Shown here: positions 43,601-51,712 of the stretch, one piece after another
Numbering within the stretch: the first letter of the stretch is position 1
Layout of the letters: the number at the start of each line of letters is the position of its first letter
IMG/VR virus record: IMGVR_UViG_3300025889_000096
Reading direction: 5' to 3' (one strand)
DNA: 64,000 nt
Source: an uncultured virus (IMG/VR IMGVR_UViG_3300025889_000096)
Taxonomy: Duplodnaviria; Heunggongvirae; Uroviricota; Caudoviricetes
The notes under the pieces: model-generated
Told to the model about the DNA's origin: nothing
Seen by the model: only the letters and a program-made list of their open reading frames with translations
Databases searched by the model: none
Program-made: the position numbers and the translations under genes

Positions 43601-46600
43601 GCTAAGTTTTGCCCAGTAAAAGTTGATACTCCAATTATTCCTTCAACTTTTACTGTGACTGGTGGATAATTGAACTGATGATATCCACTACCAACAGAAG
43701 TTAAATCTATGTATTGATTTGTTTGATAATAAAAATCCGAAAGCGTTGTAGAAGTTCCAATTTTGGACAATCTAAAAGAATCTTCATCAACTACAGTGAC
43801 ATAATAGGATTGACCATCAGTTAGCCCACCAACTTCTGTCAAACTTGTATTATAAACTACCAGTTCACCGGAAGAATATTTGTGCTCTTTGGCAGTTATT
43901 ATATCAGATGCAGTATTAATACCTGAAGAAGGAACTGATATTTTTCTTGTTTTGTATCCAGTTCCACTATTTTCTATTTCAATGGAAGATATTTTTTTCT
44001 TAACATTTGCTGATACTAATCTGTGAACACCTACACCATATGATGTTAAAGAAACAGTGTTAATACCAGAAATTGCATCTGATTTTGTATTATGCAATTT
44101 TACATTAAATGCATCTTGAACTGAAACATAATAAAATGTACTTGTTGACAAACCACCTATTATTTGTTGCCCATCTGGAAAATACTGCACTCTTTCAGCA
44201 TCTCTAAATTTATGATGAGAAGAAAGACCTATTATATTATCTGTTAGATTAACTAAACCAGAAGAACTTATTGAATTAAAAGACCGTTCATGGACAAATT
44301 CAATAAGTTTTGCTTTTGCACTTGCTCCATATCCATTTCCACCACTTATAGATATTACTGGTTCTGTTACATAATCAAAACCACCATCAATAATATCAAT
44401 TCGTTTCACGCCACCAACAACCTCACAGTATCCAACTGCATCAGATCCATAATCATCTATTATCTGCAAAGTTGGTGGATTTATAATATCATAATTGCTT
44501 CCCGAAGAAATTACTTCAATTTTTTGTATAGGTCCAAAATATACTTTGTCCTTTGATTTATAATTTAGTATTTCAACTCCATTTGCAAGTATACCAACTG
44601 CACCTGTGTTAGTTGTATTTTCTTTATTGTCTAATACTGGATTTTTTATTTTTCTTACTAATTTTTGTCCACTTAATTCTTTATCGGATAAATTTGAGTA
44701 CTCAAATTTATTGTTTGTAATAGTGCCAGTGACTGTAATATACTTTTTTTTGTATAACGAAAACCTGCTATAAGAAAGTTTTATATTATTTTCATCAATC
44801 TTAAAAATATAATATATTCCTTCAGAAATATTTAATGTATTTGTATCAGAAACAGGTTTATACGTAACAGAATCTCCTGTGTAAAAACCATGTTTTTGTA
44901 TATTAATATTTTCACCATTAAATGTACCCGAAAAAGTTACTGACCTATCTGCAACTTTTATAGATTCATTAAAATATGAGGGTAAAGAGTTTGATGCAAT
45001 TATGGTTGCTTTTTCATCGACATCATAATAAACATTTTGCACATTTGTTGAAAAAATATTATTATTTGGATAATTTAAAAAATTTGGTTTTAATACTATT
45101 TTTTCTATTTTATATAACTTTGTAGTATCAATTAAACCCTGACCAGAAAATATAAATGAATTAGTGTCTATCACATAATCAACATATGATATAATAGAAT
45201 CCGTATTTGTAAAATATAATTTTATTTTATCTCCGACGATAAACCTATTAATATCATAGGTTTCTACTTGATATGTGTTATTTGAAGAATCTACTACTTG
45301 AATATTTTTAACATTGTATGATACTGGAATATTATAAAACCAAATGTCTTCTTTTAAATCTTTTTCACTTCTACCAAAAGTTTTTATAGAAATCTTATCC
45401 CCTCTTTTTGTTAAAATTGGATTATTTAATGGATCAATATCTGATAATACGCCAGTTATTCTTACTTTTACTTGTTCATCAGTTCCGGTTCCAACATATC
45501 CATATGCAAATGTATTAAGTCGTATTTTTTGACCAGAATCTAAATTTTGAGTAATACCACTGCACCCCAAAAATTGAGAGTATGATTTTGATGTATATTG
45601 TATAGTTAATGTTGTTCCATTCGTAAAAGATAAAATAAGTTCACCCGACTCGGGAAATCCAATAGTAGAGTCTACGTCTATAAATGAACTATTTACTTTA
45701 GTGTCGGAAATTATTGTGGTTTGTGGGTGTATTGAAAATTTGCCAAATACAGAACCTTCAGATATAATATCTTTATTATAATCATAATCTAAACTTAATT
45801 TATAATAATATTTACCATTTCTATAAATTTTTTCAACATTGCTTATTGACCCAAACGAGGCATTAATACTTCCATATTGATCTTGATATAATGTTTTATT
45901 TACTAAAAGTTCTGGGTTTCCTTCTATTACATCTACAACCAAATCTTTTGTTACTCTATATTGTGCATTTGATGGAGTAAAAAGATAATCTCTTGGTTTT
46001 ATTATCTCTACATCTTCTCCATAAAATGCTCTAAAAAGAATTTTAAAAGATTCATCTGTTCCTTTTGATGAATAAAAATCTTTTGATCTGCTTATAAATG
46101 TTTTTGCGTTTACATTAGAATTTAAATCTCTACCTTCAAAACCCGGAATAAATTGTTTCTTTACTTTTTTGAAAAATTCCTTTAAAAATAAAATACTAAG
46201 ATTATTTACAGTATCTCCTACACTATGAGAATCTAATTCTGTAGTTGAGAAAACTAATTGATCTGGTTTATTCGATACTTCATTAGATGTTATGCCACTA
46301 AAACCTCTTGTGCATCCATCAAAAGTTGTATCAGTTTTTGATGTATATGTGATGATTTCGGAACCAATTTTTAGAAGACCGTAAGTATCCGGAAATCCCG
46401 AAGTAGAATTGACGGAAATTCTAGTATCAGAAAAATCAACATCAGAAGTTAGTGTAGTTGAGTCTACAATATCAACAAGACTCTCTAGTTTTACATACTT
46501 ATCGATATTTTGTAAAATATCATAAACTCCACTTTGACTATCTAAAGATCTATAGTATTGAGATAAAAACTCTTTGACTAATGGATACTGCTCTCTAATA

Positions 46601-46656
46601 TAACCTGGGAGTTGATTTTCAACTACAGAACTTAATTTGATTCTAGTGTCTGTCAT
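34684..46656 (-). CDS. Giant baseplate wedge initiator / gp7-like structural protein (3990 aa)
   Basis: Position between g6 and g8; FYSSKGT N-terminal motif, QDSDYYQNFSYSIKS motif, many GxGY repeats. Confidence 0.85.
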   Translation of the reverse strand: MTDTRIKLSSVVENQLPGYIREQYPLVKEFLSQYYRSLDSQSGVYDILQNIDKYVKLESLVDIVDSTTLTSDVDFSDTRISVNSTSGFPDTYGLLKIGSEIITYTSKTDTTFDGCTRGFSGITSNEVSNKPDQLVFSTTELDSHSVGDTVNNLSILFLKEFFKKVKKQFIPGFEGRDLNSNVNAKTFISRSKDFYSSKGTDESFKILFRAFYGEDVEIIKPRDYLFTPSNAQYRVTKDLVVDVIEGNPELLVNKTLYQDQYGSINASFGSISNVEKIYRNGKYYYKLSLDYDYNKDIISEGSVFGKFSIHPQTTIISDTKVNSSFIDVDSTIGFPESGELILSFTNGTTLTIQYTSKSYSQFLGCSGITQNLDSGQKIRLNTFAYGYVGTGTDEQVKVRITGVLSDIDPLNNPILTKRGDKISIKTFGRSEKDLKEDIWFYNIPVSYNVKNIQVVDSSNNTYQVETYDINRFIVGDKIKLYFTNTDSIISYVDYVIDTNSFIFSGQGLIDTTKLYKIEKIVLKPNFLNYPNNNIFSTNVQNVYYDVDEKATIIASNSLPSYFNESIKVADRSVTFSGTFNGENINIQKHGFYTGDSVTYKPVSDTNTLNISEGIYYIFKIDENNIKLSYSRFSLYKKKYITVTGTITNNKFEYSNLSDKELSGQKLVRKIKNPVLDNKENTTNTGAVGILANGVEILNYKSKDKVYFGPIQKIEVISSGSNYDIINPPTLQIIDDYGSDAVGYCEVVGGVKRIDIIDGGFDYVTEPVISISGGNGYGASAKAKLIEFVHERSFNSISSSGLVNLTDNIIGLSSHHKFRDAERVQYFPDGQQIIGGLSTSTFYYVSVQDAFNVKLHNTKSDAISGINTVSLTSYGVGVHRLVSANVKKKISSIEIENSGTGYKTRKISVPSSGINTASDIITAKEHKYSSGELVVYNTSLTEVGGLTDGQSYYVTVVDEDSFRLSKIGTSTTLSDFYYQTNQYIDLTSVGSGYHQFNYPPVTVKVEGIIGVSTFTGQNLAAKVQPIVRGQIESVFLENGGKNYGSEEILNYNRQAKISTLNGSGAQIVPVISKQSIVEILVISGGSGYVSPPEFEFIGPGTGAVLTPVLSNGSLVEVKVIKGGIEYIANKSSINVIPSGSGASFYTRTKEWNVNLFERIVKNNQIKDDDGIISESLNSQYGLQYFHLYAPRKLRQSVLTFDGIQSYTQDLIIENNIETLSKLHSPIIGWSYDGNPIYGPYGYEKNSNSKIKAIESGYVLKTSLGLNRPNTSFYPKGFFVEDYEFNSSGDLDEHNGRFCITPEYPNGTYAYFATIDGKSVSSSGPFKNFRKPVFPYFIGNTYKSKPINENFLPHFNQDKVDLNSKNILRNTRYYNILNKNSGYEYLEPLENVRRKNSTVVESAAGTMSSIGILTGGNGYKVGDRLIFNNKNSSGQSAAAEVKSILGKTIDQISVNNTSILNVEFYSQAQNNDFIAISESPHNLVTGDIVNITGLSTLSTYISNLYSIGVTSETALLSTGIGTTGATGIVTYFNLFTIPPTTIENDIFTIGSEKVKVLSIDTGSNRILVKRSIDGTVGSSHSSSTILYDNPRKFTFGAVLDSSLAEYSKKRQQQIYFNPSESVGLGTLNGVGIGTTITFSNPGTGITSLFIPTRSIYLLNHGLETGDSLTYSSDNENPISVSTDGVSSFQLTENQIVYAAKINENLIGIATNRVGLNSVGSFVGIDSSVTTDILYFTGIGIGSIHSFTTNYEKVITGDVSKNLVTVSTASSHGLSKDDVVRVECISGVSTSHTIKYNKYNNRLVIDPRDFVSGDVNTSTNTITINNHGYYTGQKVIYTSTSPSGGLTSNQIYYVVKIDNNKIKLSTTYYDSTILNPICIDITSASLGTISPINPPITLFKNQTVTFDVSDSSLSYLKGSVRKSSFDFVLYDDKNLVDVFKKTKAGNDFDVVKTGSIGVDANAKVTINVNSEFPESLYYTLVLVNKEENPLKTNPILDSSNITENNKLKISDSIYSGVFALSGVTTSAFTYNVVLNPEKSSYLSTEASLKYTTTSTNTSGSINETRITSVGRNYLSLPGITSISSVSGSGAVLEVNTTNIGKVKEIQIDDIGLEFYSDKTLRPTAKLPQNLKVTVSNKFKKIGISSAGKYYNTAPDLIVIDSLTDKVISEVDLSYEVGDSIVTILNNTNSLSNIPKIIPVNNSNGIGINSITFNSSTKDVTIGLAVSYSSGDDYPFAVGEKVLIESTSVGLGSTGRGYNSSAYNYALFTLTGIHPNIGGAAGIVTFNLNGYLKDGEIPGDYAPEYSFGKIVPERFFPLFNIELESADFYPKEIITTSNGKEGVVEEWDFNSNTLRVSGIDSFTPKDIIIGQSSGLNAEVKSSLSNIDAIYEISPSSIVRKGWNTNSGFLNDSLQAVQDSDYYQNFSYSIKSKVPHDKWKNLVDANNHTAGFKQFSDLILESNTSLSGVSTEQTESKLSVTVDIDSTIDLECVENFDLAKERVFKFDSNKASDEIILKSKIIQDYIQSIGNRVLKIDDVSLDFNNVARTDKNSTVGKYRKNNFAFKKILAFIKDRIYTGNRQINFVSILNKSDNVYLNQYAKVYTNNDMGDFDAQIFGDEIYVNYYPVDYEVNDFNVSLISYDIKDTLSGVGTFALGDIVNINSSNSIIPSGSTSENIIVGIASTNTSAKVLVEIGGTDGSYYESNEILLVHNGSEISLTEYGQLISSVNTNASFGIGTYGAYYSGDIINLTLTPNVGVGVSYIINTLNVSIANTTSSTGVGTTTLRTGKIDSHYTSISSSGSPTSNVVAQYLNTSYNASYYIVSIDDTTNNQSQVSEIVVVDNGTDVSIIEYAPIYTGSSLGTFSADISSIYTRLLFTPNPSIDIEVKVFQNAIGLQNDLIDNTFIELNSASIRSTSGTYEGTQTDIKRQFNLNHKGFAIFERYFDPENPAIMNIDDNTINIPNHYFVTGEKLSYDHTFDPNNVRISIASTAVSGIGLTDKLPPTVYVVKVNDSTIKLSRSAEDALKYNPNTFEFDSSVGFGTIHRLVATNQNSKVLVTLDNNIQSPLVSTAVTTLLSENLLTTTDELKVDSVSDIIGGDLLRIDDEIVRVKSVGFGSTNTILVDRFWMGTSLQAHTQGSLVTKTEGNYNIVNSKINFATAPAGDTPIGTATNSPHERDWVGITTRTIFTGRTFMRSGVVGSSTDAYSHNYVFDDISSSFNGISSEFSLKSNGVDLDGISTSNAIILINEILQEPQRSTVPISIEGGFTLKESVGITSIQFVGTGISAAYDYGTSNLPIGGIIVSVGSTSGLGYQPLVAAGGTAIISGLGTISSISIGNSGSGYRVGIQTIVNVGVAISSLGTPSIEFIGTAAISGGNVVSVAITNPGFGYTSSNSPIVIFDSPLSYSNIPLVYSSSSSGVGTEAKIDIVVGQGSSIIDFEIRNLGYGYSLGDVLTVSIGGTAGIPTDTSYTFEEFQITVDRIQSDKFNGWSIGDIEVFDSIQNLFDGTTTLFPLKINGIQRSIEKKPGSLIDLDATLLVFVNNILQVPNSGYVFDGGSYIRFTEPPKSTDICSILFYKGTGSVDVADIDILETIKVGDNVRLVDNNTKYDEKTRFVHEVNATDSFNTNPYFGYGIADDENYERPLKWCRQRSDIFVNGKVIGKDRDIYEPRIYPLSNIIQPVSVASTEIFVENVKTFFDSDRENITASFQEKIKIISQDSLVSASATAVVSGIGTISSIVISDGGVGYTTTPTVTISNPVGLGTTQRATATASISGGSISSVMVSFAGTGYTTSNPPVVLIESPSPVIEEIELISYSGDFGIVSGVGTTSVGVASTGIVFDLLIPEDSYLRDSTIVGTAITVSGIQTGYYFVVFNSNIGNGVTSIYSNGSVLSIGSTFIDNVYEVASVSIAQTSAYGIGVTYVAQVVVSVSDYNSLSGIGNSEFFGEYSWGRISCPSRSSNTKSFTVYNNGLVGISTSPILERSNPLKYLNYT

Positions 46657-46660
46657 GTTT

Positions 46661-48574
46661 TTATTGTCTTATGCGGCTTCCGTTTGTGTAACTTGATGTT
46701 GCTTCATATAGAGAAGCAGAAGTATCTGCTTTGGATGATATTTCATCCAGCTTCATATTTAATGTAGTCTTACTAATATCTAGTTGCAAATAAAGATCCT
46801 GTTTTCCAATAACATCATTTGATATTGGAATTGCTGATATTTCTATAATTGGTTCTCCACCAGAGTTTTTTGATGTTGATAATATACTAATCGGTTTTAG
46901 GAATAATTCTCCTTTTTGATAGTTGATAGTTCCAACAGAAGCTCTCAAAATTCTTGGATTTTCTGATGTTGGATCTGCAAATAAAAACAGTTTTCCGGTC
47001 GTTTCATTTTTATCTGGAATATCTCCAAGATAAACAGTTTCATCTATCCCAGATACTGTAAATCCTGATGTTTTAATATTGTATCCATCACGTCGTTTTA
47101 TATAAAAACTATTACCATAACAAATTTCATATTGAGTAAATGAATTCAATATTGGTCTTAAATTTCTTCTAATCTGAACCTTAGTTATATTTGAAGTTAC
47201 TGATGCGTGACTATCATCAACTATTTTTTGGAATTTACTATACTTAAATTTAGATCCATAATTATTGAGTTCAGTTGATTTGGAGTAGTTTGAAATATTA
47301 TTAAATATTAATGTTTTTACATAATCCGGACTTGGTGCTAGATTTGGATTATAATAAACTGTTGAATCAATATCAACGTAAATATATTTGAGGTCTATAA
47401 TTTCGGGAACAATTCCTGCTACGCTATAATTTCTAAGATTTGCTTTAATATTATCTTTAACACTGTTAGACAAAAACTGAAAATTATATGGTTTAATGCT
47501 TATAAAGACTTTTCCATATTGTGGCGGGTCCAAAGTTTCTCCACCAAATACAGTAACTGATTGTGTTTCCGAATATATTTGGGGGATTAATGCTTCATAA
47601 TCTGCTGCAGTTACTGCTCTATTTTGTGAAGCATATATCTGCGGTGCATATCTTTTGATTGAATCTATGGATTCGATTTCTTTTCCACTTTCCGAAATAA
47701 TATTAGTTGTAATTAACGATATGCCATCAGAAACTGCAATGCCATTATTATCGAATAATCTTCCCGCAAATCGAAACCTCGATAAACCATTGCCATTCAA
47801 TCCATTTGTTGTAATGTAAGAAACTTCAATATAATTTAAAGATTCTAATTTTTCTCCAAAAACACCATCACCAAATATTAATTCATATCTTTGATCCTCT
47901 ACCTCTTGTAGGAAAAAAACCTTTGATGTAGAAGTAACTTTAAGAATACTATCTGAGAGTATAAACTTTCTAGAAGACGTGCTTTCTTGTGTATCTCGCA
48001 CCGAAACTCTGATACTTGAGGCATCAATATTTGAATTACTTAAAATAAATCTTTTTGATGGGGATTGGTTGGAAGATTCTACATTAAAATTGTCTATTAA
48101 GAAAACTCCTTCATAAACATCAATATTATTAAAACTTGCAATTCCACCAACAACCGGAACAGTAATATCATCAAAAACAGTAAAAGTATAACTATCATAT
48201 CCAATTTGCGATGATGTTGCTACCGTCCCCTTTTTAAGTGTTAATGTGAGGGGATTCGTGTCAAAACTGGAAGTATCTACAAAAAATGAAATATTTGCTC
48301 TTGCTGCTGTTCTAGATTTTGGAAAATATCCAATATTTCTTGCAAGAGCAACAACGTTTTCTCTTAATGTTGCACTATCAATAAAAACCTCATTACTAAC
48401 CATATTAGCATTATATGAGGAAATATATGTGTTATATGCTAACACATCAATGATGCTTGAAAGGTTTGACCCTTCAAAGTCATAATCGGTAAAGTTTGAG
48501 TTAGATCTCAAATAATCTTTCAATGAAGTTTTTATTTGATCGAAATCTAAATTGGTAAAATTAACTAACGTCAT
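46661..48574 (-). CDS. g6: Baseplate wedge subunit gp6
   Basis: LDFDQIK, FTDYDFEGS, QNRAVTAADY, PPQYGKVFISIKP. Confidence 0.96.
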   Translation of the reverse strand: MTLVNFTNLDFDQIKTSLKDYLRSNSNFTDYDFEGSNLSSIIDVLAYNTYISSYNANMVSNEVFIDSATLRENVVALARNIGYFPKSRTAARANISFFVDTSSFDTNPLTLTLKKGTVATSSQIGYDSYTFTVFDDITVPVVGGIASFNNIDVYEGVFLIDNFNVESSNQSPSKRFILSNSNIDASSIRVSVRDTQESTSSRKFILSDSILKVTSTSKVFFLQEVEDQRYELIFGDGVFGEKLESLNYIEVSYITTNGLNGNGLSRFRFAGRLFDNNGIAVSDGISLITTNIISESGKEIESIDSIKRYAPQIYASQNRAVTAADYEALIPQIYSETQSVTVFGGETLDPPQYGKVFISIKPYNFQFLSNSVKDNIKANLRNYSVAGIVPEIIDLKYIYVDIDSTVYYNPNLAPSPDYVKTLIFNNISNYSKSTELNNYGSKFKYSKFQKIVDDSHASVTSNITKVQIRRNLRPILNSFTQYEICYGNSFYIKRRDGYNIKTSGFTVSGIDETVYLGDIPDKNETTGKLFLFADPTSENPRILRASVGTINYQKGELFLKPISILSTSKNSGGEPIIEISAIPISNDVIGKQDLYLQLDISKTTLNMKLDEISSKADTSASLYEATSSYTNGSRIRQ

Positions 48575-48975
48575 TATCGTGTTTGTTGTAATACGAATGA
48601 TAACTGTTGAGGTAAGGCATCTATTCCAACAATTTTATAATTGATTATTGTATTATAGGAATTTCTATCATAGTCTGGCGTAATCTCTACATTAATCAGT
48701 TCAACTCTTGGTTCATAATTTTCTATAGTATTCGTAATTTCATCACGAATAACTGATGATGAAAGTTCGTCAATATTTTCAAAAAGCACTTTTGATACTC
48801 TTGAACCAAAAGATTCATTAAAAAATTTTTCACCAGGAAGGGTAAATATAAGATTCTGAATGGACCTTGCAATAGCGGTCTCATTTTTAATGTCAATAAT
48901 ATCTCTCTTCAGAGGGTTAATCTGAAAAGTCATACTAATATCTTTAAATTGTTTACTTACCCTTTCTAAAGGCAT
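48574..48975 (-). CDS. g25: Baseplate wedge subunit gp25
   Basis: AIARSIQNL..T.PGEK.F...FGS, IENYEPRV. Confidence 0.94.
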   Translation of the reverse strand: MPLERVSKQFKDISMTFQINPLKRDIIDIKNETAIARSIQNLIFTLPGEKFFNESFGSRVSKVLFENIDELSSSVIRDEITNTIENYEPRVELINVEITPDYDRNSYNTIINYKIVGIDALPQQLSFVLQQTR

Positions 48976-49004
48976 GAAAAGAACAATAAATCTATATTAT
49001 TTAT

Positions 49005-49247
49005 TCAACCATAAAGAGGTTCTGTTCCATATTCCCAATCATCATAGTCAACATCATTCCTAATTTTGGCATGAATTTCATTTTGATGATAAAAATCATG
49101 CTTTTTGGGTGTTAAATCATCATTTGCGATTTCACGAAGCATTTTTTGCTTCTTAATTTGATCCTCCCACCCATATTCACTTGACAAATATTCAGTTCCC
49201 CACTCAACCTTCATGTAATTTTGGTCTTTATCGACTTTTTTAGTCAT
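49005..49247 (-). CDS. Hypothetical protein
   Basis: 80-aa ORF, co-oriented with neighbours. Confidence 0.7.
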   Translation of the reverse strand: MTKKVDKDQNYMKVEWGTEYLSSEYGWEDQIKKQKMLREIANDDLTPKKHDFYHQNEIHAKIRNDVDYDDWEYGTEPLYG

Positions 49248-49305
49248 TTTTTTTCTCTGATTTGTTTAATCAGAACTTTTTAAGGGGTTTCTATCCCAAT
49301 ACTAT

Positions 49306-49818
49306 CTATTTCCAGTGATTATTTGGTTGCTCCCACCAGAAATGAAGGTCTTCAACATCATCATTATAGTATAATGATACAAAATCACTCTTAAATTTGC
49401 TATTGACGTTCTCACATAGAGCAACTGTGTAGACATTTTTTAATCGTGCATTTGATATCTCGTTAATTGCACTAACAATCCAAGTATAATTTCCTCCACG
49501 TATTACACCTGCTTCAATCAAAACAAAATTTGACCATTTTTTGTGCCATTTTTTGAAATTCTGATAGAAGTCCTCCTTATACTCATCAATTTTTTCATCT
49601 GGAAATGGTACATTAACAGATTCGATATGAAAAATCTCTCCACCCATTGTTAATGAGTGAGAGAGATGCTGTGTTACAATACTAGAGTAATCAGGAGAGA
49701 CGCATAAAAAGCAAGTATTGGACGGATGAATGTCAATATTTGCTTTTTTAATGCGATAAGTCATCTCCTGTATTAGTGCTTTCTCTTTATCTTCAGAAAT
49801 GAAGAGAAGATTTTTCAT
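49306..49818 (-). CDS. Phosphoribosyltransferase-fold-like protein
   Basis: FVLIEAGVIRGGNY resembles a degenerate PRPP-binding loop; C-terminal FWWE. Confidence 0.5.
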   Translation of the reverse strand: MKNLLFISEDKEKALIQEMTYRIKKANIDIHPSNTCFLCVSPDYSSIVTQHLSHSLTMGGEIFHIESVNVPFPDEKIDEYKEDFYQNFKKWHKKWSNFVLIEAGVIRGGNYTWIVSAINEISNARLKNVYTVALCENVNSKFKSDFVSLYYNDDVEDLHFWWEQPNNHWK

Positions 49819-49955
49819 TTACCTTGACCACGATACTTTTTTTTACGTCCATTACGAGAGGTTGCACTAAGTAGTGTACGAGAAGATCGCCCTTGACGAG
49901 TCTTTTTAGGTGCTCCGGGTTCAAAAACTGTTTTATTGCTTCCACCTTTAGCCAT
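49815..49955 (-). CDS. Small basic protein (46 aa, ends KKKYRGQGK)
   Basis: Translated by hand; ATGA overlap with the downstream gene. Confidence 0.75.
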   Translation of the reverse strand: MAKGGSNKTVFEPGAPKKTRQGRSSRTLLSATSRNGRKKKYRGQGK

Positions 49956-50105
49956 TTAAATTTTCTCCAATTGAATTAAATTAATATCAATATCTTTATC
50001 TGAATAATACCTTTCAGATAAGTCTTGTAGGACCTCACTACATTCTTCAAGAGTAAGGTCCATATAAATCTTACGTCCCTTATAAAGTACGTTAAATTTA
50101 TTCAT
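49956..50105 (-). CDS. Hypothetical protein (49 aa)
   Basis: Translated by hand, MNKFNVLYKGRKIY...; abuts both neighbours. Confidence 0.7.
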   Translation of the reverse strand: MNKFNVLYKGRKIYMDLTLEECSEVLQDLSERYYSDKDIDINLIQLEKI

Positions 50106-50872
50106 TAGATAACGCGAGTTTTTTCATGTCCAACTCTAATGCGAGGATCGCACCAAATATCAAATCCTTGCTCCTTTGCATCTAGACAGAATGAAACATC
50201 TTCTCCACACATATCTTGAACATTCCCAGATTCAAAGACTTGCATCTTCGGAGCAAACCAAGGATATTCGAGATTTTCAAATACACCATTCTTAATCATA
50301 ACCCACCCAAAACCTGTGTAGTCTACAGTGAATGGCTTACGACGCTTGCTGATTGATTCCACAGTTTCGTGATTCATAACTCCACCATTTTTGCGGAAAT
50401 CATCTTCCTCTAACCAGTGTGCTACTGAAGTTGTGTGCCCGTCTTCTGTAGCATACCATCCAGCAACAATTTCTTTTTCTTCTCCTTCTTCATTTAGAGC
50501 AAGATCACAAAGTTGCCAGAACTTTTCTGTGTTGAAGACAATATCCGAGTCAATCCAAAGTTGATAATCATAGTTCAACTTTCCATCCCAAGGAATTTGC
50601 TTCGGACCTCTAAGAACATTTGCACCCAAACACTTGCAACGTGCAAAGTTTACCATTGATGAGTAATCTTGACTAATTTGAATACTCATTCCATTCTGTA
50701 CCATATCAAAGCACATTTGTACAAAGTTTTTTAGAAAAATAAAACTACACCCTCTTCCAGGTAAACAGAATACAATACTTTTACCTCGCATTCTTTCTTT
50801 AATTGCTTCGTAATTCCATTCCTGCTCTTGTGGTTTGGGTGCAGTAGCTTTAACAGTAAATCCTTTTGCCAT
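50105..50872 (-). CDS. GT-A fold glycosyltransferase-like protein
   Basis: LWIDSDI (DxD), TGFGWVMIK..VF, GEDVSFC, RVGH. Confidence 0.75.
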   Translation of the reverse strand: MAKGFTVKATAPKPQEQEWNYEAIKERMRGKSIVFCLPGRGCSFIFLKNFVQMCFDMVQNGMSIQISQDYSSMVNFARCKCLGANVLRGPKQIPWDGKLNYDYQLWIDSDIVFNTEKFWQLCDLALNEEGEEKEIVAGWYATEDGHTTSVAHWLEEDDFRKNGGVMNHETVESISKRRKPFTVDYTGFGWVMIKNGVFENLEYPWFAPKMQVFESGNVQDMCGEDVSFCLDAKEQGFDIWCDPRIRVGHEKTRVI

Positions 50873-50922
50873 AAGAAAAATAAACCTTCGAGTTCAATTT
50901 TAACAGTCTATATATGTTTTTG

Positions 50923-51123
50923 TCAATGTGAGGAATTTAGTATTACCTCCTTATTAATTACAAGTTCTTCGTAAGTTAGGTCTTTTATACTATAGTCTGT
51001 ATTCATAAGACCTATCATATTCTTTAAATTATTCCAAGTTGCATAGAAATCTTCTTCTTTTACTGAATGTAATAAACACTTACCCTTTGCATATATGTGA
51101 TATATTTTTTCTTGCTCAACCAT
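50923..51123 (-). CDS. Hypothetical protein
   Basis: 66-aa ORF, co-oriented. Confidence 0.7.
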   Translation of the reverse strand: MVEQEKIYHIYAKGKCLLHSVKEEDFYATWNNLKNMIGLMNTDYSIKDLTYEELVINKEVILNSSH

Positions 51124-51154
51124 AAAAATTTCTCCGGAATTTTTTCTTTCAAAT

Positions 51155-51301
51155 TTATTTTGTCACTGCATTATATATCACAATAATACAAAAACCCAGT
51201 GCAATAAAAAATGGACGTGGATAACGAATCATCCAGCCTGCTATTACAACCTTCCAAAAATTCCAATATGGAGTTCTTCTGCGAACCTTGTAAATGCTCA
51301 T
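51155..51301 (-). CDS. Small membrane protein (48 aa)
   Basis: Translated by hand, MSIYKVRRRTPYWNFWKVVIAGWMIRYPRPFFIALGFCIIVIY...; hydrophobic C-terminus. Confidence 0.7.
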   Translation of the reverse strand: MSIYKVRRRTPYWNFWKVVIAGWMIRYPRPFFIALGFCIIVIYNAVTK

Positions 51302-51451
51302 TATACTTCCGGAAAAATTTTTTCTGATTGATATATCGATCGCGTTTTGTCACCTCTGTAGGTTAGGGTAGTGGGGCGTTTTTATATACGCACGGCCGCG
51401 CCGCGATATAAACAATCGGCGCAAAACACTGCCGAATAAGTCTACGAATAA

Positions 51452-51492
51452 AGTCTAACATATGCGTCCCCCACTGTCAAGCAAGGGACGCA
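51452..51492 (-). promoter_or_regulatory. Sigma70 promoter with its -35 in the loop of a hairpin
   Basis: TTGACA(51480-51475)-17nt-TAGACT(51457-51452); stem TGCGTCCC/GGGACGCA at 51463-51470 and 51485-51492. Confidence 0.75.
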
Positions 51493-51501
51493 CAGTTAGT
51501 A

Positions 51502-51642
51502 TCAGAACTCGATGCTATCTGCAGTCGGTTCAGCATAAGCAATCGACTGCTGATTGTCCTCGATGAGAGTATCAAGGATGGACAGAATCTCGCTGCCAGT
51601 GTTACCTTGTGCCAGCAGAGAAAGCATCACGGACTTGGACAT
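51502..51642 (-). CDS. Hypothetical protein (46 aa)
   Basis: Translated by hand, MSKSVMLSLLAQGNTGSEILSILDTL... Confidence 0.7.
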   Translation of the reverse strand: MSKSVMLSLLAQGNTGSEILSILDTLIEDNQQSIAYAEPTADSIEF

Positions 51643-51712
51643 AATAAAGAAGAAAAGTGTAATGAACTGTGTGGTGCCTAGTTTATACTCATGCGACAGG
51701 AGTGAGTGTTAC

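Noticed and set aside
51171..51353. 60-aa ORF from the track
   Set aside because: The overlapping frame 51155-51301 has an ATG start and a coherent membrane-protein sequence, and is the more plausible gene.
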